The notes under the pieces: generated by a model
Told to the model about the DNA's origin: nothing
Seen by the model: only the letters and a program-made list of their open reading frames with translations
Database searches by the model: none
Position numbers and translations under genes: made by a program
Shown: positions 18,653 through 30,876 of the stretch, in pieces
Numbering within the stretch: the first letter of the stretch is position 1
Layout of the letters: each line of letters starts with the position of its first letter
DNA from: an uncultured delta proteobacterium
GTDB taxonomy: Bacteria > Desulfobacterota > Binatia > Binatales > Binataceae
Length of the DNA: 64,000 nt
Direction of reading: 5' to 3'
NCBI GenBank assembly: GCA_963771325.1
Contig: CAVYTJ010000004.1
Span: 117,174-181,173, forward strand

Positions 18653-20539
18653 ATGCGACGACAAGATATCCGCAACCTCGCCATCGTGGCTCACGTCGAC
18701 CACGGTAAAACGACGCTGGTCGATGCGCTGCTGCGCCAGTCCGGCGTCTTCCGCGCCAACGAACATGTCGCCGAGCGTGTGATGGACTCGTTTGCGCTGG
18801 AGCGCGAGCGCGGCATCACCATCATGGCCAAGAACACGTCGATCGCCTGGCGCGGCGTGCGGATCAATATCGTCGACACGCCCGGACACTCCGACTTCGG
18901 CGGCGAAGTCGAACGCACGCTCGCGATGGTCGACGGCATCCTGTTGCTGGTCGACGCATCCGAGGGGCCGCTGCCGCAGACCCGCTTCGTGCTGCGCAAG
19001 GCGCTCGAGGCCGGACTCTCCACGGTGCTCTGCATCAACAAGATCGACCGCGCCGACGCGCGCCCGGCCGAAGTGCTCGACGAAGTTTACGATCTGTTCA
19101 TCGACCTCGGCGCCAATGAAGATCAGCTCGATTTCCCGATTCTCTATACCAATGCTCGCGCGGGTATCGCGCTCACCCGCGCCGACGGCACGCGCCCCGA
19201 GGGGATGGGTCCCGAAGGCGTAAGTAAAGACCTCGCGCCGCTGTTCGACGCGATCATCAGCCATCTGCCGGGCCCCGAGGTCGATCCCGAGGCGCCGCTG
19301 CAGTTCCAGGCCAACAATATCGACTACGACGAATACGTCGGGCGCCTGGCGATCGGGCGGGTGGTCGCCGGCACGATCAACGCGGGCGGGACGTACGCGC
19401 TCTATCGGGCCGACGGATCGCGCGAGACCTGCAAGGTGGCGCATCTTTACGGATGGCGCGGGCTGAAGCGGGCCGAGCTGTCCTCGGCTGACGCGGGCGA
19501 CGTCGTGATGGTCGCGGGTCTGGAGGATATAGAGATCGGCGAAACCATCACCGACCCCGAAAATCCGCGCCCGCTCCCGGGCATCCGAATCGACGAGCCG
19601 ACCGTCGCGATGACATTTTCGGTCAATAACGCGCCGTGGGCCGGACGCGAGGGAGAGTTCGTCACCTCGCGCAAGCTGGGGGCGCGGATCGAGCTCGAGG
19701 CGCGGCGCAACGTCAGCGTTCGCGTCGAGCAATCGGGTGCCGATTCCTGGCGCGTGCTGGGGCGCGGCGAGCTCGCGCTGGCGGTGATCGTCGAAACGAT
19801 GCGCCGCGAGGGTTACGAGCTGCAGGTCTCCAAGCCAACCGTCGTGACCCGCAGTTCGGGCGGCGAGCTGCTCGAGCCGATGGAGTTCTTGGTGATCGAC
19901 ATTCCCGAGGAGCACATCGGCCTGGTGACCCAGTTGCTATCGGCGCGCAAGGGCCGGATGCGCACCATGACGACGCATCAGAGCGGCCGCGTGCGGCTGG
20001 AATATGACGTTCCGGCGCGCGGGCTGATCGGATTTCGCGGCCGCTTCCTGGCCGACACGCGCGGGACCGGCGTGATGCACTCGGTCTTCAACGGCTATGC
20101 GCCATGGTGCGGCGCGATCCGCTCGCGGCAGAACGGCGCGATGATCTCCGACCGCGAGGGGATCGCGACGCCGTACGCGATTTTCCATCTCCAGGAGCGC
20201 GGGATCTTTTTCATCCCGGCCGGCGAGCCGGTCTACGAGGGCATGATCCTTGGCGAATACGCGCGCGAGACTAATCTGCCGGTCAACGTATGCCGCGAAA
20301 AAAAGCTCACCAACATCCGCGCCGCCGGACATGACGAGGCCGTGCGCTTGAGTCCGCCGCGCCTGATGACGCTCGACACGGCGCTGGAATGGATCGACGA
20401 GGAAGAGCTGGTGGAGCTCACGCCGCGTTCGGTCCGCCTGCGCAATCGCGTGCTCAAGACGGGGCTGCGCGGCAAGCATCGCGCCGGCTGGCTCGAGACC
20501 GCCGGGGCCGGCGCGGCCGCAGCGCTCGAGGGCGAATGA
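18653..20539 (+). CDS. typA: Translational GTPase TypA/BipA
   Basis: [56 protein letters not shown]. Confidence 0.97.
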   Translation: MRRQDIRNLAIVAHVDHGKTTLVDALLRQSGVFRANEHVAERVMDSFALERERGITIMAKNTSIAWRGVRINIVDTPGHSDFGGEVERTLAMVDGILLLVDASEGPLPQTRFVLRKALEAGLSTVLCINKIDRADARPAEVLDEVYDLFIDLGANEDQLDFPILYTNARAGIALTRADGTRPEGMGPEGVSKDLAPLFDAIISHLPGPEVDPEAPLQFQANNIDYDEYVGRLAIGRVVAGTINAGGTYALYRADGSRETCKVAHLYGWRGLKRAELSSADAGDVVMVAGLEDIEIGETITDPENPRPLPGIRIDEPTVAMTFSVNNAPWAGREGEFVTSRKLGARIELEARRNVSVRVEQSGADSWRVLGRGELALAVIVETMRREGYELQVSKPTVVTRSSGGELLEPMEFLVIDIPEEHIGLVTQLLSARKGRMRTMTTHQSGRVRLEYDVPARGLIGFRGRFLADTRGTGVMHSVFNGYAPWCGAIRSRQNGAMISDREGIATPYAIFHLQERGIFFIPAGEPVYEGMILGEYARETNLPVNVCREKKLTNIRAAGHDEAVRLSPPRLMTLDTALEWIDEEELVELTPRSVRLRNRVLKTGLRGKHRAGWLETAGAGAAAALEGE

Positions 20540-20643
20540 GTCTCTCGCGCGCGGCCGGTTTTCGTCTTGCCGCGGCGCCCGCCTGGATTCCAGTCGTTTA
20601 AATTCCAGTCGCTTAAATTGGAGACTTGCCTTAGATTCGAGTC

Positions 20644-23600
20644 TTGTTCCGGATGAGACTTGTGCGCGCCGCCGCGATTGCCCTGCTCTCGCTTGCCGTG
20701 CTGCTATCGGCGGCGGTGGCGGTAGCGATGCGCAACCAGGCGCGGCTCATCAGCCTGGTCCTCCAGCACATCCAGCAACAGACCGGCTACCAGATCGTCG
20801 CGAGCAGCGCGCGGCTGCACTTCGGCCCGCATCTCGGCGTTCTCCTGGAGCATCCGATCGTCCAGCACGACGGGCGCGAGCTGATCCGTTCCGAGGGCAT
20901 CCGCGTCTACCTGAGCTACCACGCGCTTATCTGGAACAATGGATTGCCGCTGCGGGCGCTGGAGATCATACGCCCGGAGTTGCGCGCTCCCGCGAACTCG
21001 GCCGCGCTCGGCCCCCATCTGCTTCCGCGTCCTGACGCTGCGGTAGCGCAGGCGGTGGCGCAGGAGTTTCGCGAGTTCTCCGGCCTCGTCGAGCGCGTAA
21101 CGATCGCCAATGCGCGGGTCAGCGACGCCGCCGGGCAGCCGCTCCTCGAAGAGTTCTCGCTGACGGCGGCGCCGCGGCGCAGGCACTCGAAGGTCTGGAA
21201 TATCGGCTTCATCGCGCCGCGCATTCACACGGCGCTGAGCGGGCTCGAGATAAGCGGCCGGATGAGCATGGACACCAGTGCGCGGGGCACCGAGCAGGTC
21301 ATCTCCCTCGGAGAACTGTGGTTCTGGAACGGGCGGCTCGAGCGCGAGGCCAGCGCCGGCGTAACGGTCAACGGAGTCGCGCATGGCGACGCGACCTTCG
21401 CGCTGCACGGCAACGGCGAGCTAGATGGCCGCGGCGATCTCGCGATCGATCGGTTCGGGGCCGACGGCGCGCGCCTGGGCAAGCCGATCGACCTGGGCAA
21501 CTGCTCGCTCAAAACGATTTACTCGATTTCCATCGAGCGGATAGTCCTGGCGGACCTGGAAGCACGGATTGGAACGCTGACGGTCGCTTCCGGCCAACTC
21601 ACGCTCAACGATCCGTTCAAGGATGACGCCGCGCTGCTCGCGCATCTGAGCGGGGTTCAAATCGACCTCGCCGCGCTCAAGGCGCGGCTCCAGATGGCGC
21701 GCTCGCTGACCAAGCCGCTGACGTGGCTCACGGCGGCGCTGGTCGCGGGCCGCGTGACGGTCGAGGAAGCGACCTATCAGGGCGAGTTGCGCAACCTCGG
21801 ATGGAGCGCGACGGCGCTAGCCAACGCGTTGCAGCTATCGGTTCGCCTCGAGGCCGTGAGTCTCAAGCTGCCCAACCCGGCGGCCCTCCCGGCGCTATCG
21901 CAGGCGAACGCGGAACTGACTTATGCGAAGGGCCGCGCGACGCTTGCGCAAGGATCGGCGGTGCTTGGCGGTTCATCGCTCGCGGAGCTGAGCGGCAATG
22001 CCGATTTCCGCTCCGGCTATCGGCAGGTGCGCTACCGGCTCAAGGCCGCCGGGACGCTCGACCTCGATGAACTCTATCCGGCCGCGATGCAGCTTTCTCC
22101 GGCGCTGGCCGCCAAAGCCGCGAAGCATATCGACCGGCTGTCCGGCAACGCGACGGTGCGGGTCACCGCGTCGGGATCGTTTGACACCGAGGCGCCTGCT
22201 CCTCCCACAAAGTACCTTGCGAAAATCGATCCTAGCGGCGTGACCCTGAGCGCAAAGGATTTGCCCCAGCCGATCGCGCTCGTCGGCGGCACCGTGACGC
22301 TCACACCGGGCAATATCGAGCTCGGCCGTTTGATGGCCGCGGTCGCCAAGCCCAAGGTGCCGGGCGCCGTGACAGTGAACGGAAATCTCGCCTTCGATGC
22401 CGGAAGGCTCAGCCTGCGCCAGATCGCCGTCGAGATGCATCAGATCGAGATCCATCAGTGGCTGCCGTTGCTGGTCGATCCGCAGGATATCGCGGCGCGC
22501 GGACCGCTCGGCGGCAAGCTTACGATCGTGCGGGAACCCAGCCGCAGCCAGGGTATCCGCGCCAACGGCCTCCTGACGATGGGCGCGGGCGAGGTGCAAC
22601 TGGGATTTTTGCGCGCGCCGATCGTGGCGCAGTCGGCGACGCTCAGCCTGGACGGCCGCGGGCTGCTGCTGGCGATCATCGGAGCGAAGCTTCAGGGCGC
22701 GCCGTTCGACTTCTCGCTGGGCGTCGCCGACTTGGACAAACCCGTGCTTAGAATCGTCGCGAACGCCGGGCGGCTCGACCTCGAAGTGATGAAGTTCATC
22801 CGCCTGCCGTGGGCCCCCAGCCCGCCGGCGCATTTTTTTCCGGTGCCGGTGGTCGGCCATATCGAGGCCGCCCACGCGATGCTCGAACGGCTGACGATGT
22901 CGCGCGCGAGATGCGACTTCAAACGCGAGATCAACGGCGACTGGAACGTGCGTAATTTTGTCGCGACCATGTTCGAGGGGCGCGCCGAGATGGAGTTCTC
23001 CGGTCGCGGCCGCGATGACTGGATCAACGTCAGGGGCCGCGTCAATGACGTGCAGGTCGGCCCGCTCTTCAGCCTCGCGAATCCTGCCGGCCAGCCTCCA
23101 CTAAGCGGCCGCCTCAGAGCACGGGGCGACCTGTGGGCTAACTCCAACACCGATTTCTTTAACACCATGGCGGGCACCATGTCGATCGAGGTGAGCGACG
23201 GGGTGCTGCACAAATTCGCGCTGCTCTCGCGCATCCTGGGTTTCGTCGATCTCAAGACCTGGCTCTCGGCCAAGGTGCCTGACCCGCGCCTCAACGGCGT
23301 GCCATTCCAAACGCTGACCGCCGACTTCAAGGGCCGCGACGGCGACTTCTACAGCGACGACCTGCTCCTGCGCGGACCGGTGATGAACATTTCGGCGCTC
23401 GGGCACATGCGCCTGGGCGACAGCAACGTCGACATGCAGGTCGGCATGGTGCCATTCAAAACGGTCAACTGGTTGGTCGCCAAAGTGCCGCTGATCGGCG
23501 GAGGACTCTCCTCGGATCATTTTGTCGCAGCCTACTTCCACGTTACCGGCCCGCTCAGCAATCCTCATGTCGTGCCCCAGCCAATTACCTCGGTGGCTTA

Positions 23601-23676
23601 TTTCCTGACCAACGTCCTCAAGCTCCCGCTCAATATCATCAAAGGGATCGGCCACAACGGCGGCAATGGAAACTGA
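20644..23676 (+). CDS. AsmA-like / YhdP-type bridge-like lipid transport protein
   Basis: ~1010 aa; N-terminal TM; repetitive beta-strand sequence; AsmA-like C-terminus (KVPLIG...FHVTGPLSNPHV). Confidence 0.75.
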   Translation: MFRMRLVRAAAIALLSLAVLLSAAVAVAMRNQARLISLVLQHIQQQTGYQIVASSARLHFGPHLGVLLEHPIVQHDGRELIRSEGIRVYLSYHALIWNNGLPLRALEIIRPELRAPANSAALGPHLLPRPDAAVAQAVAQEFREFSGLVERVTIANARVSDAAGQPLLEEFSLTAAPRRRHSKVWNIGFIAPRIHTALSGLEISGRMSMDTSARGTEQVISLGELWFWNGRLEREASAGVTVNGVAHGDATFALHGNGELDGRGDLAIDRFGADGARLGKPIDLGNCSLKTIYSISIERIVLADLEARIGTLTVASGQLTLNDPFKDDAALLAHLSGVQIDLAALKARLQMARSLTKPLTWLTAALVAGRVTVEEATYQGELRNLGWSATALANALQLSVRLEAVSLKLPNPAALPALSQANAELTYAKGRATLAQGSAVLGGSSLAELSGNADFRSGYRQVRYRLKAAGTLDLDELYPAAMQLSPALAAKAAKHIDRLSGNATVRVTASGSFDTEAPAPPTKYLAKIDPSGVTLSAKDLPQPIALVGGTVTLTPGNIELGRLMAAVAKPKVPGAVTVNGNLAFDAGRLSLRQIAVEMHQIEIHQWLPLLVDPQDIAARGPLGGKLTIVREPSRSQGIRANGLLTMGAGEVQLGFLRAPIVAQSATLSLDGRGLLLAIIGAKLQGAPFDFSLGVADLDKPVLRIVANAGRLDLEVMKFIRLPWAPSPPAHFFPVPVVGHIEAAHAMLERLTMSRARCDFKREINGDWNVRNFVATMFEGRAEMEFSGRGRDDWINVRGRVNDVQVGPLFSLANPAGQPPLSGRLRARGDLWANSNTDFFNTMAGTMSIEVSDGVLHKFALLSRILGFVDLKTWLSAKVPDPRLNGVPFQTLTADFKGRDGDFYSDDLLLRGPVMNISALGHMRLGDSNVDMQVGMVPFKTVNWLVAKVPLIGGGLSSDHFVAAYFHVTGPLSNPHVVPQPITSVAYFLTNVLKLPLNIIKGIGHNGGNGN

Positions 23677-23684
23677 GTAGTGCG

Positions 23685-24470
23685 ATGCGCTCGCGCGACA
23701 CGAGCCGTGACGTCACGCTGCATGACGTCACGCTAATCGTCTTTTGCCGCGAGCCGCTCGCGGGCCATACCAAAACCCGGCTCATCCCGCGCCTGGGCGC
23801 CGCCAACGCGGCAGAGTTGGCCAGCGCCTTCATCGCCGACGCACTAGCCAAATGCCGCGCGCTTGCGCCGCGGCGTATCGTGATCGCCGGCAGCGCTCCG
23901 CGCGGCGCCGAAAACAGTGACTACCTGCGCCGCGCCGCGCGCCGCTTCGGCGCCGAGCTCATCGACCAGGGCGGCGGCGGCCTCGGCGCGCGGATGGCGC
24001 GGGCGCTCGAGCCGTATCGCGCCGCCGGCGCGGTGCTCTTTGGCACCGATACGCCGTCGCTCCCACCGCGCCTGCTCGCGCGAAGCGTCGCGCTCTTGCG
24101 GCGCGCCGCGGTAGTGATCGCTCCCAGCCTCGACGGCGGTTACTACCTGCTAGGCGTGCGCGGCCCGATGCCGGATATTTTTCGCGGAATCGCCTGGAGC
24201 CGCTCCAACGTGCTCGGCGAAACCGTCGCACGGCTTCGCCGCGCCGGCCTGCGCTACGCGCTCGGCCCCACATGGTACGACGTCGATCGTTTTAGCGACG
24301 TCGCGCTGCTCGCCGCGCATCTCGGCCAACAGCTCGCGCGGATGAAGAGGCTTGGCGGCTCCACGAGCGGGCGCCGGCGCGCCGGCCACAAGCCGTTCGC
24401 GCCGCCTCTTCCCTGTCCGGCGACCGCTAGAGTTTTAGCGCGGCTTGGACTGATCCGCGCGGGCCGCTAG
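23685..24470 (+). CDS. DUF2064 / TIGR04282-family glycosyltransferase-like protein
   Basis: REPLAGHTKTRL, QGGGGLGARM, GTDTPSL, PSLDGGYYLLG, WYDVD. Confidence 0.85.
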   Translation: MRSRDTSRDVTLHDVTLIVFCREPLAGHTKTRLIPRLGAANAAELASAFIADALAKCRALAPRRIVIAGSAPRGAENSDYLRRAARRFGAELIDQGGGGLGARMARALEPYRAAGAVLFGTDTPSLPPRLLARSVALLRRAAVVIAPSLDGGYYLLGVRGPMPDIFRGIAWSRSNVLGETVARLRRAGLRYALGPTWYDVDRFSDVALLAAHLGQQLARMKRLGGSTSGRRRAGHKPFAPPLPCPATARVLARLGLIRAGR

Positions 24471-24482
24471 AGTACCAGCGCT

Positions 24483-24887
24483 GTGCCCGCATCACAGGCG
24501 AGAATCGTGTTGTCCACCGCCGGTGCCGAGCAGCAGGCGCGCTCGATCGCGCGCAGGCTGGTCGACGAGCGCTTGGCGGCGTGCGTCAACATCGTCGGGC
24601 CGATACGATCGGTCTATCGATGGCGCGACGCGGTCGAGGACGAGCCTGAATTCCTCTTGGTCATCAAGACCCGCGCAAGCCTGCTCGGCCGCGTGGAGCG
24701 CCGCGTGATCGAGCTGCACAGCTACGAAGTTCCCGAAGTGCTGGCGCTCGCGCCGAGCGGCGGCTCGGCGGCTTACCTCGGATGGCTCTTCGAATCGACC
24801 GCGTCGAAACCAATCCGTACCAAAGCGCGCGCGACCCGCAAACGCGGCAAGAGCGGCAAGAACGGCACGGGCGGCAAGGGCGGATAG
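24483..24887 (+). CDS. cutA: Divalent-cation tolerance protein CutA
   Basis: LVDERLAACVNI, SVYRW, IKT, HSYEVPE; basic C-terminal tail. Confidence 0.93.
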   Translation: MPASQARIVLSTAGAEQQARSIARRLVDERLAACVNIVGPIRSVYRWRDAVEDEPEFLLVIKTRASLLGRVERRVIELHSYEVPEVLALAPSGGSAAYLGWLFESTASKPIRTKARATRKRGKSGKNGTGGKGG

Positions 24888-24899
24888 GACACGCGCGCG

Positions 24900-25982
<1,083 letters not shown>

Positions 25983-26010
25983 CCGCGGGAGCGCGTAGCG
26001 CGCGAGGTAT

Positions 26011-26673
26011 GTGATGGGCCGGCTGGGGCAGATGTTCTCCAGGTTCCGCTCCGCGCGCGCCGGCTCCGAGAGCCAACCCGAGAAGCCCGAGGAGTTGCGC
26101 GAGATGCGATGGGTGGTGGCGGGCCTGGGCAATCCCGGCGAGCAATATCATCGCTCCGGTCACAACATCGGCTTCACGGTCATCGACCGCCTGGCCGAAA
26201 AATGCGGCGCCCGGATGGACCGGCGCAAGTTCAAAGGAATCTCCGGCGAGGCCAGAATCGGTCCGGACAGCGTAATCCTGGTGAAGCCGCAGACCTACTA
26301 CAATCTGAGCGGCGAATGCGTCGCGGCGCTGCTCGGCTACTACAAAATTCCCGCCGAGCGCCTGATCGTCGTGCACGACGAAATCGATCTCGAGCCGCGC
26401 CAAATCCGACTCAAACGCGGCGGCGGCGATGCCGGCAATCGCGGCGTGCGTTCGATCGCATCCGCGCTCGGCACGCCCGAGTTCGTCCGCGTGCGGGTCG
26501 GAATCGGACGGCCCGCGCCGGGTCTGGAAGCCAAGGAGCACGTGCTCCACGCGATGGGCCGCGCGGAGATCGAAGCCTTTAAGGCTTCGATCGAGCGCGC
26601 GGCCGAAGCGGTCGAAACGGTGATCTCGGACGGACTGGAGCGCGCGATGAACCTGTACAACCAGCGGGCCTGA
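26011..26673 (+). CDS. pth: Peptidyl-tRNA hydrolase
   Basis: GLGNPG...HNIGF, KPQTYYNLSG, HDEID, RVRVGIGRP; start uncertain (could be ATG 26104). Confidence 0.92.
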   Translation: MMGRLGQMFSRFRSARAGSESQPEKPEELREMRWVVAGLGNPGEQYHRSGHNIGFTVIDRLAEKCGARMDRRKFKGISGEARIGPDSVILVKPQTYYNLSGECVAALLGYYKIPAERLIVVHDEIDLEPRQIRLKRGGGDAGNRGVRSIASALGTPEFVRVRVGIGRPAPGLEAKEHVLHAMGRAEIEAFKASIERAAEAVETVISDGLERAMNLYNQRA

Positions 26674-26739
26674 GCGCCGCGCTCTCGCGCGGCGCTCAGG
26701 CCCGCTGGTGTGGCCGCCGTAGCCCGGCTCCGCGCGCCG

Positions 26740-27654
26740 CTATAGCGGCGTGGGCTTGCGCGACATCGGCGTGAGGCTGCCGCGGTGGCCCCAGATGCTC
26801 GGGGCCTCGTGCTTCTGCACCTGCCAGGTCGCGTCGTCGACGATCCGCGCGCCCCAGCCGTACTCGACCTCGAAGCCCGACGGCGCGCGCAGGTAGAACG
26901 ACATCATGTGATCGTTGGTGTGACGTCCAATCGTGCCGGAAATCTCGACGCCCTGGTCCTGGCAGAGATAGTAGGTCGATCCGACGTCGTCCACGTGACG
27001 GCACTGCAGCATGAAGTGCATCAGGCGCTTGGGTGCCGGAAAAGCACCGAAGGCGATCGAGTGATGGCGCGGATTGCAATGCATGAAGGTCAGGCTTACC
27101 GGATCGCCGCCGCGACGCGACCGCATATCGATGAAGTCGCTGATCTTGAGCCCCAGCAGGTCGCGGTAAAAGCGCAAGCTCTTGGCCGCGTCGTCCACCC
27201 GCACCACGATATGGCCCATCCCCAGTTCGCCGGTGACGAAGCCGGAAAGCGGCCGCGGCGATTTGAACGGCTGCTCGAAAGTCATCAGCGGCCCGAAATA
27301 AATCTCGGTCGGGATGCCGCTTGGGTCCTTGAGCTTAAGGTACTCGACCACGCGGCGCGCGCGCGCTTCCTGCGGCGTCGCCGCCGTGACTTCCACGCCG
27401 TCGGCCCGCAGCCGCGCCGCGACTTCGTTGAGCGCCGCCTGGTCGCGGACTTCCCATCCGACGAACGCGAGGTCGTCGGCGCCGCCCGGCTGCAGGATGA
27501 ATCGATGGTGATACTCGTCCATCCTGAGGAACATCGAACCGTCCGCGTCGGCGCCATTGACCTCCAGGCCGAGCACGTTGGTCGCGAAGTGCTCCCATCG
27601 CGCAAGATCGCTCACGCCGATGCCCAGGTAACCCAGTTGTGTCACACTCGCCAT
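26740..27654 (-). CDS. Type I (VOC) extradiol dioxygenase, BphC/HsaC-like
   Basis: LGYLG, LRMD, GMGHIV, HCNPRHHS, HFM, GRHTNDHMMSFYLRAPSGFEVEYG. Confidence 0.92.
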   Translation of the reverse strand: MASVTQLGYLGIGVSDLARWEHFATNVLGLEVNGADADGSMFLRMDEYHHRFILQPGGADDLAFVGWEVRDQAALNEVAARLRADGVEVTAATPQEARARRVVEYLKLKDPSGIPTEIYFGPLMTFEQPFKSPRPLSGFVTGELGMGHIVVRVDDAAKSLRFYRDLLGLKISDFIDMRSRRGGDPVSLTFMHCNPRHHSIAFGAFPAPKRLMHFMLQCRHVDDVGSTYYLCQDQGVEISGTIGRHTNDHMMSFYLRAPSGFEVEYGWGARIVDDATWQVQKHEAPSIWGHRGSLTPMSRKPTPL

Positions 27655-27709
27655 CGCGCTCTCCTTATCGCGATCTGCTTGGCCGGCAGTGCCGCGAACG
27701 CCGGTCCGC

Positions 27710-28810
27710 TTACAGGCTCAAGTGGTAAAGCTCGGCGACGTTGTCGTGGAGGATCTGGTTTTTCTCCTCCTCGGTCAGGCCGGCCGTATGCTTCTTGAGC
27801 AGTTCCTGCGACCAGGGCCAGGTCGAATCGCTGTGCGGGAAATCGTTGGCCCACATCAGGCGGCGGAAATTGCACATGTCCTTCATCTTGAAGGCCACCC
27901 AGTCGTCCTGGAAGGTCAGGTAGATATTCTCGCGAAAATACTCACTCGGCGGCTTCGAGATCGTGCCCGCGGTTAGCCAGTAACGATGACGGTCGTAGGC
28001 GTGGTCCATGCGGTACATGTAGTGCGGCGCCCATCCGGCGTCCGCCTCGACGCATACGATCTTGAGCTTCGGATGGCGCTCGAAGACGCCGCTTAAGATG
28101 AGCGTTCCGATGATGTCCTGGTTGCCGCGGATGATCGACATGAAGCTGTTGAGCTTGGGCCCGCGGCCACGGCCGACAGCGTCGTCCCGGCTGGTCAGGA
28201 TGTGGAAGCTGAGCGGCAGGCCGAGATCGATCGCGGCCACCCAGAATGGATCGTAGATCGGGCTGTCGTAGTCCTCGACCTGCGGATTACCCGGCATCAT
28301 CACGCCCTTGAGGCCCAAATCCTTGATGCGCTGGAGGTCTGAGATGCCCTCTTCGACCGAGCGCATCGCGGTCTGTCCGGTGCCGATGAGGCGGTCCGGA
28401 TGCGCCGAGCAATAGCCGGCGATCCACTGGTTGTAAGCGTCGAAGCAGGCCTTCTTGTAATCGTAATCCTTGTGATTGCAGAGCAGCATCCCGACCGTCG
28501 GGTAGATGACTTCAGCGGAGACGCCGTCGCGGTCCTGGTCGGCCATCCGCGCGTCGGGGTCCCATCCGCCACGATGCAGCTCTTCGAACTTGATGCCGAG
28601 CAGGGTCAATTCTTCGGCAGCCTTGCCGGCGGCCGCGATCAGCCCCATCGGGATCGGCCGCTTCATTCCGTCGATCATGAACAGATCGCCCTTCTTTTCG
28701 TCACGCACCATATGCGGCGCGCGGTCCCTGAACTTGGGATCGATATTGTCGATGTAGGTGTTTGGCGGTTCGGTGATATGCGAATCCGCCGAGATTATGG
28801 GCCTTTGCAT
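27710..28810 (-). CDS. Amidohydrolase_2 family protein
   Basis: ISADSHITEP, SFHI, FERHPKL, WANDFPHSD. Confidence 0.9.
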   Translation of the reverse strand: MQRPIISADSHITEPPNTYIDNIDPKFRDRAPHMVRDEKKGDLFMIDGMKRPIPMGLIAAAGKAAEELTLLGIKFEELHRGGWDPDARMADQDRDGVSAEVIYPTVGMLLCNHKDYDYKKACFDAYNQWIAGYCSAHPDRLIGTGQTAMRSVEEGISDLQRIKDLGLKGVMMPGNPQVEDYDSPIYDPFWVAAIDLGLPLSFHILTSRDDAVGRGRGPKLNSFMSIIRGNQDIIGTLILSGVFERHPKLKIVCVEADAGWAPHYMYRMDHAYDRHRYWLTAGTISKPPSEYFRENIYLTFQDDWVAFKMKDMCNFRRLMWANDFPHSDSTWPWSQELLKKHTAGLTEEEKNQILHDNVAELYHLSL

Positions 28811-29064
28811 TTTCCTTACCTCGCGAAGGCTCCGGGGCGGAGCCTGGGATACAGACGTTGTTCCGTTCCTATTGTCACTTTTACTAGACCCCGGCCGCGT
28901 TTACAACGAAGCACGACACGCGGGCGCGGAATCGGCTCGCGGCTGGTCGGACGCTTAGAGCTGCGATATAACTGGTCGTGGATTCAGGCCCCTTTTCGGA
29001 TTTCCCGATCCACATGCCGGACGCAAAAATGCGGCGTACCGGCCGGGCTCAAGGAGGAACTCCT

Positions 29065-30759
29065 ATGGACTACGACCTCAAGATAACGGGCGGTACGATT
29101 ATCGACGGCACCGGTTCTCCCGCGCGCGACGGCGACGTCGCGATCAAGGACGGCAAGATCGCCGCCGTGGGCGAGGCTCCCGGCAAAGCGGCCGCGACGA
29201 TCGAGGCGCGCGGCCGCGTGGTCGCCCCCGGCTTCGTCGACATCCACACGCACTACGACGCGCAAATCCTGTGGGACCGCATGATGACCATATCGCCGTG
29301 GCATGGCGTGACCACGGTGGTGATGGGGAATTGCGGCTTCGGCGTCGCGCCGACCCGCCCCGAGCATCGCGGGCTCATCATGCGCACGCTCGAGAAAGTC
29401 GAGGGGATGAGCCTCGACGCGCTGGAGGCGGGACTGGGCTACGAATGGCCATTCGAAACGTTCGAGCAATACCTCGACGCGGTCGAAAAGCGCGGCTCGG
29501 CGATAAACGTGGGCGCGCTGATCGGGCATACCCCGACGCGGCTCTACGTGATGGGCGAGGAATCCGTGGAACGGCCCGCTAGCGAAGCCGAGATCGGCCA
29601 GATGCGCGAGATCGTGCGGCGCGGAATTCGCGCCGGCGCGGTGGGCTTCGCGACCTCCAAGTCGCCCACCCACGTCGGCTATAGCGGCAAGCCGGTGCCC
29701 AGCCGCAAAGCGGAAATGAGCGAGATAACCGCGCTCGCGAGCGTGCTCGCCGAGGAGAAAAGCGGCGTAATCCAGGCCACGGTCGGCCGCGAACTGTTCC
29801 TCAAGGAATTCGCCGATCTGTTTCGCGCAACCGGCCGCACGATCACCTGGACCGCACTGCTGGCCGGGATGACCGGCTCCAACGACGGCCATCGCCGCCT
29901 GCTCGCGCAGTCGCAGGAGTTGTCCGAGCAGGGGATGAATATCGTGCCGCAGGTCGCGTGCCGGCCGCTCAATTTCGAGATGACGCTCAAGGAGCCATTC
30001 ATCTTCGAGAGCCTCGCGGTCTTCAAGCAGATTTCACAGGCCGACTTCGAGGGCAAAACGAAAATCTACGCCGACCCCGAGTTCCGCGCGATGTTCAAGG
30101 CCAAGACCGGGATCAACTCGGCGGGCCGCTTCGCCGACCGATGGGAGCGTAGCTGGGTCTCGCACTATCCAGGCCGCCCGGAGCTCGAGGAAAGCAACCT
30201 CGCCGAACTCGCGCGCGAGCGCGGCGTCGATCCGATCGACCTGATGCTCGACATCGGGCTCGAAACCAAACTCGAAGCGCGCTTCCGGATGGCACTGTTC
30301 AACTACGAGGAAGACGAAGTAATCGCGCTGCTCAACGGCAAGGGCACGGTGGTCGGGCTTTCCGATGCAGGCGCGCATGCGAGTCAGCTTTGCGACGCAT
30401 GCTTCTCGACCTACCTGATGGGCCACTGGGTGCGCGAGCGCAAGGCGATTCCGATCGAACGCGCGGTGTGGATGCTGACGGCGCGGCCGGCGGAAGTCTT
30501 CGCGCTGAGCGACCGCGGGCGGCTCGTACCGGGATTGGCGGGCGACGTGGTGGTGTTCGACGCGGACAAAATCGGATGCTCGCGGCTCCGCCGGGTTAAC
30601 GATCTTCCGTCGGGCGCGGACCGGCTGGTCGCCGACGCATACGGTATCGACGCGGTGATCGTCAACGGCAAGGTCATCCGCGAACACGGACGCGACACGG
30701 TCGCGCCGGACGGGCCGCTGCCCGGCCGCCTGCTGCGTCACGGACGCGCGTCGGCGTGA
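29065..30759 (+). CDS. N-acyl-D-amino acid deacylase family amidohydrolase
   Basis: AGGAGG RBS; GGTIIDGTG, PGFVDIHTHYD, GNCGFG, SDAGAH. Confidence 0.9.
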   Translation: MDYDLKITGGTIIDGTGSPARDGDVAIKDGKIAAVGEAPGKAAATIEARGRVVAPGFVDIHTHYDAQILWDRMMTISPWHGVTTVVMGNCGFGVAPTRPEHRGLIMRTLEKVEGMSLDALEAGLGYEWPFETFEQYLDAVEKRGSAINVGALIGHTPTRLYVMGEESVERPASEAEIGQMREIVRRGIRAGAVGFATSKSPTHVGYSGKPVPSRKAEMSEITALASVLAEEKSGVIQATVGRELFLKEFADLFRATGRTITWTALLAGMTGSNDGHRRLLAQSQELSEQGMNIVPQVACRPLNFEMTLKEPFIFESLAVFKQISQADFEGKTKIYADPEFRAMFKAKTGINSAGRFADRWERSWVSHYPGRPELEESNLAELARERGVDPIDLMLDIGLETKLEARFRMALFNYEEDEVIALLNGKGTVVGLSDAGAHASQLCDACFSTYLMGHWVRERKAIPIERAVWMLTARPAEVFALSDRGRLVPGLAGDVVVFDADKIGCSRLRRVNDLPSGADRLVADAYGIDAVIVNGKVIREHGRDTVAPDGPLPGRLLRHGRASA

Positions 30760-30876
30760 CGAAACGGATCGGCAACGCCGAAACATCATTGTTGCGAAGA
30801 AATATCAGCGGCGACATGTGACAATGGTGAAACAATCGGCGGGCCGCGAGTCGCGGTCCGCCGATTCCATATACTG

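Noticed and set aside
23685-24470. Arsenosugar biosynthesis cluster
   Set aside because: The radical SAM ArsS and partner genes are absent; neighbours are housekeeping genes
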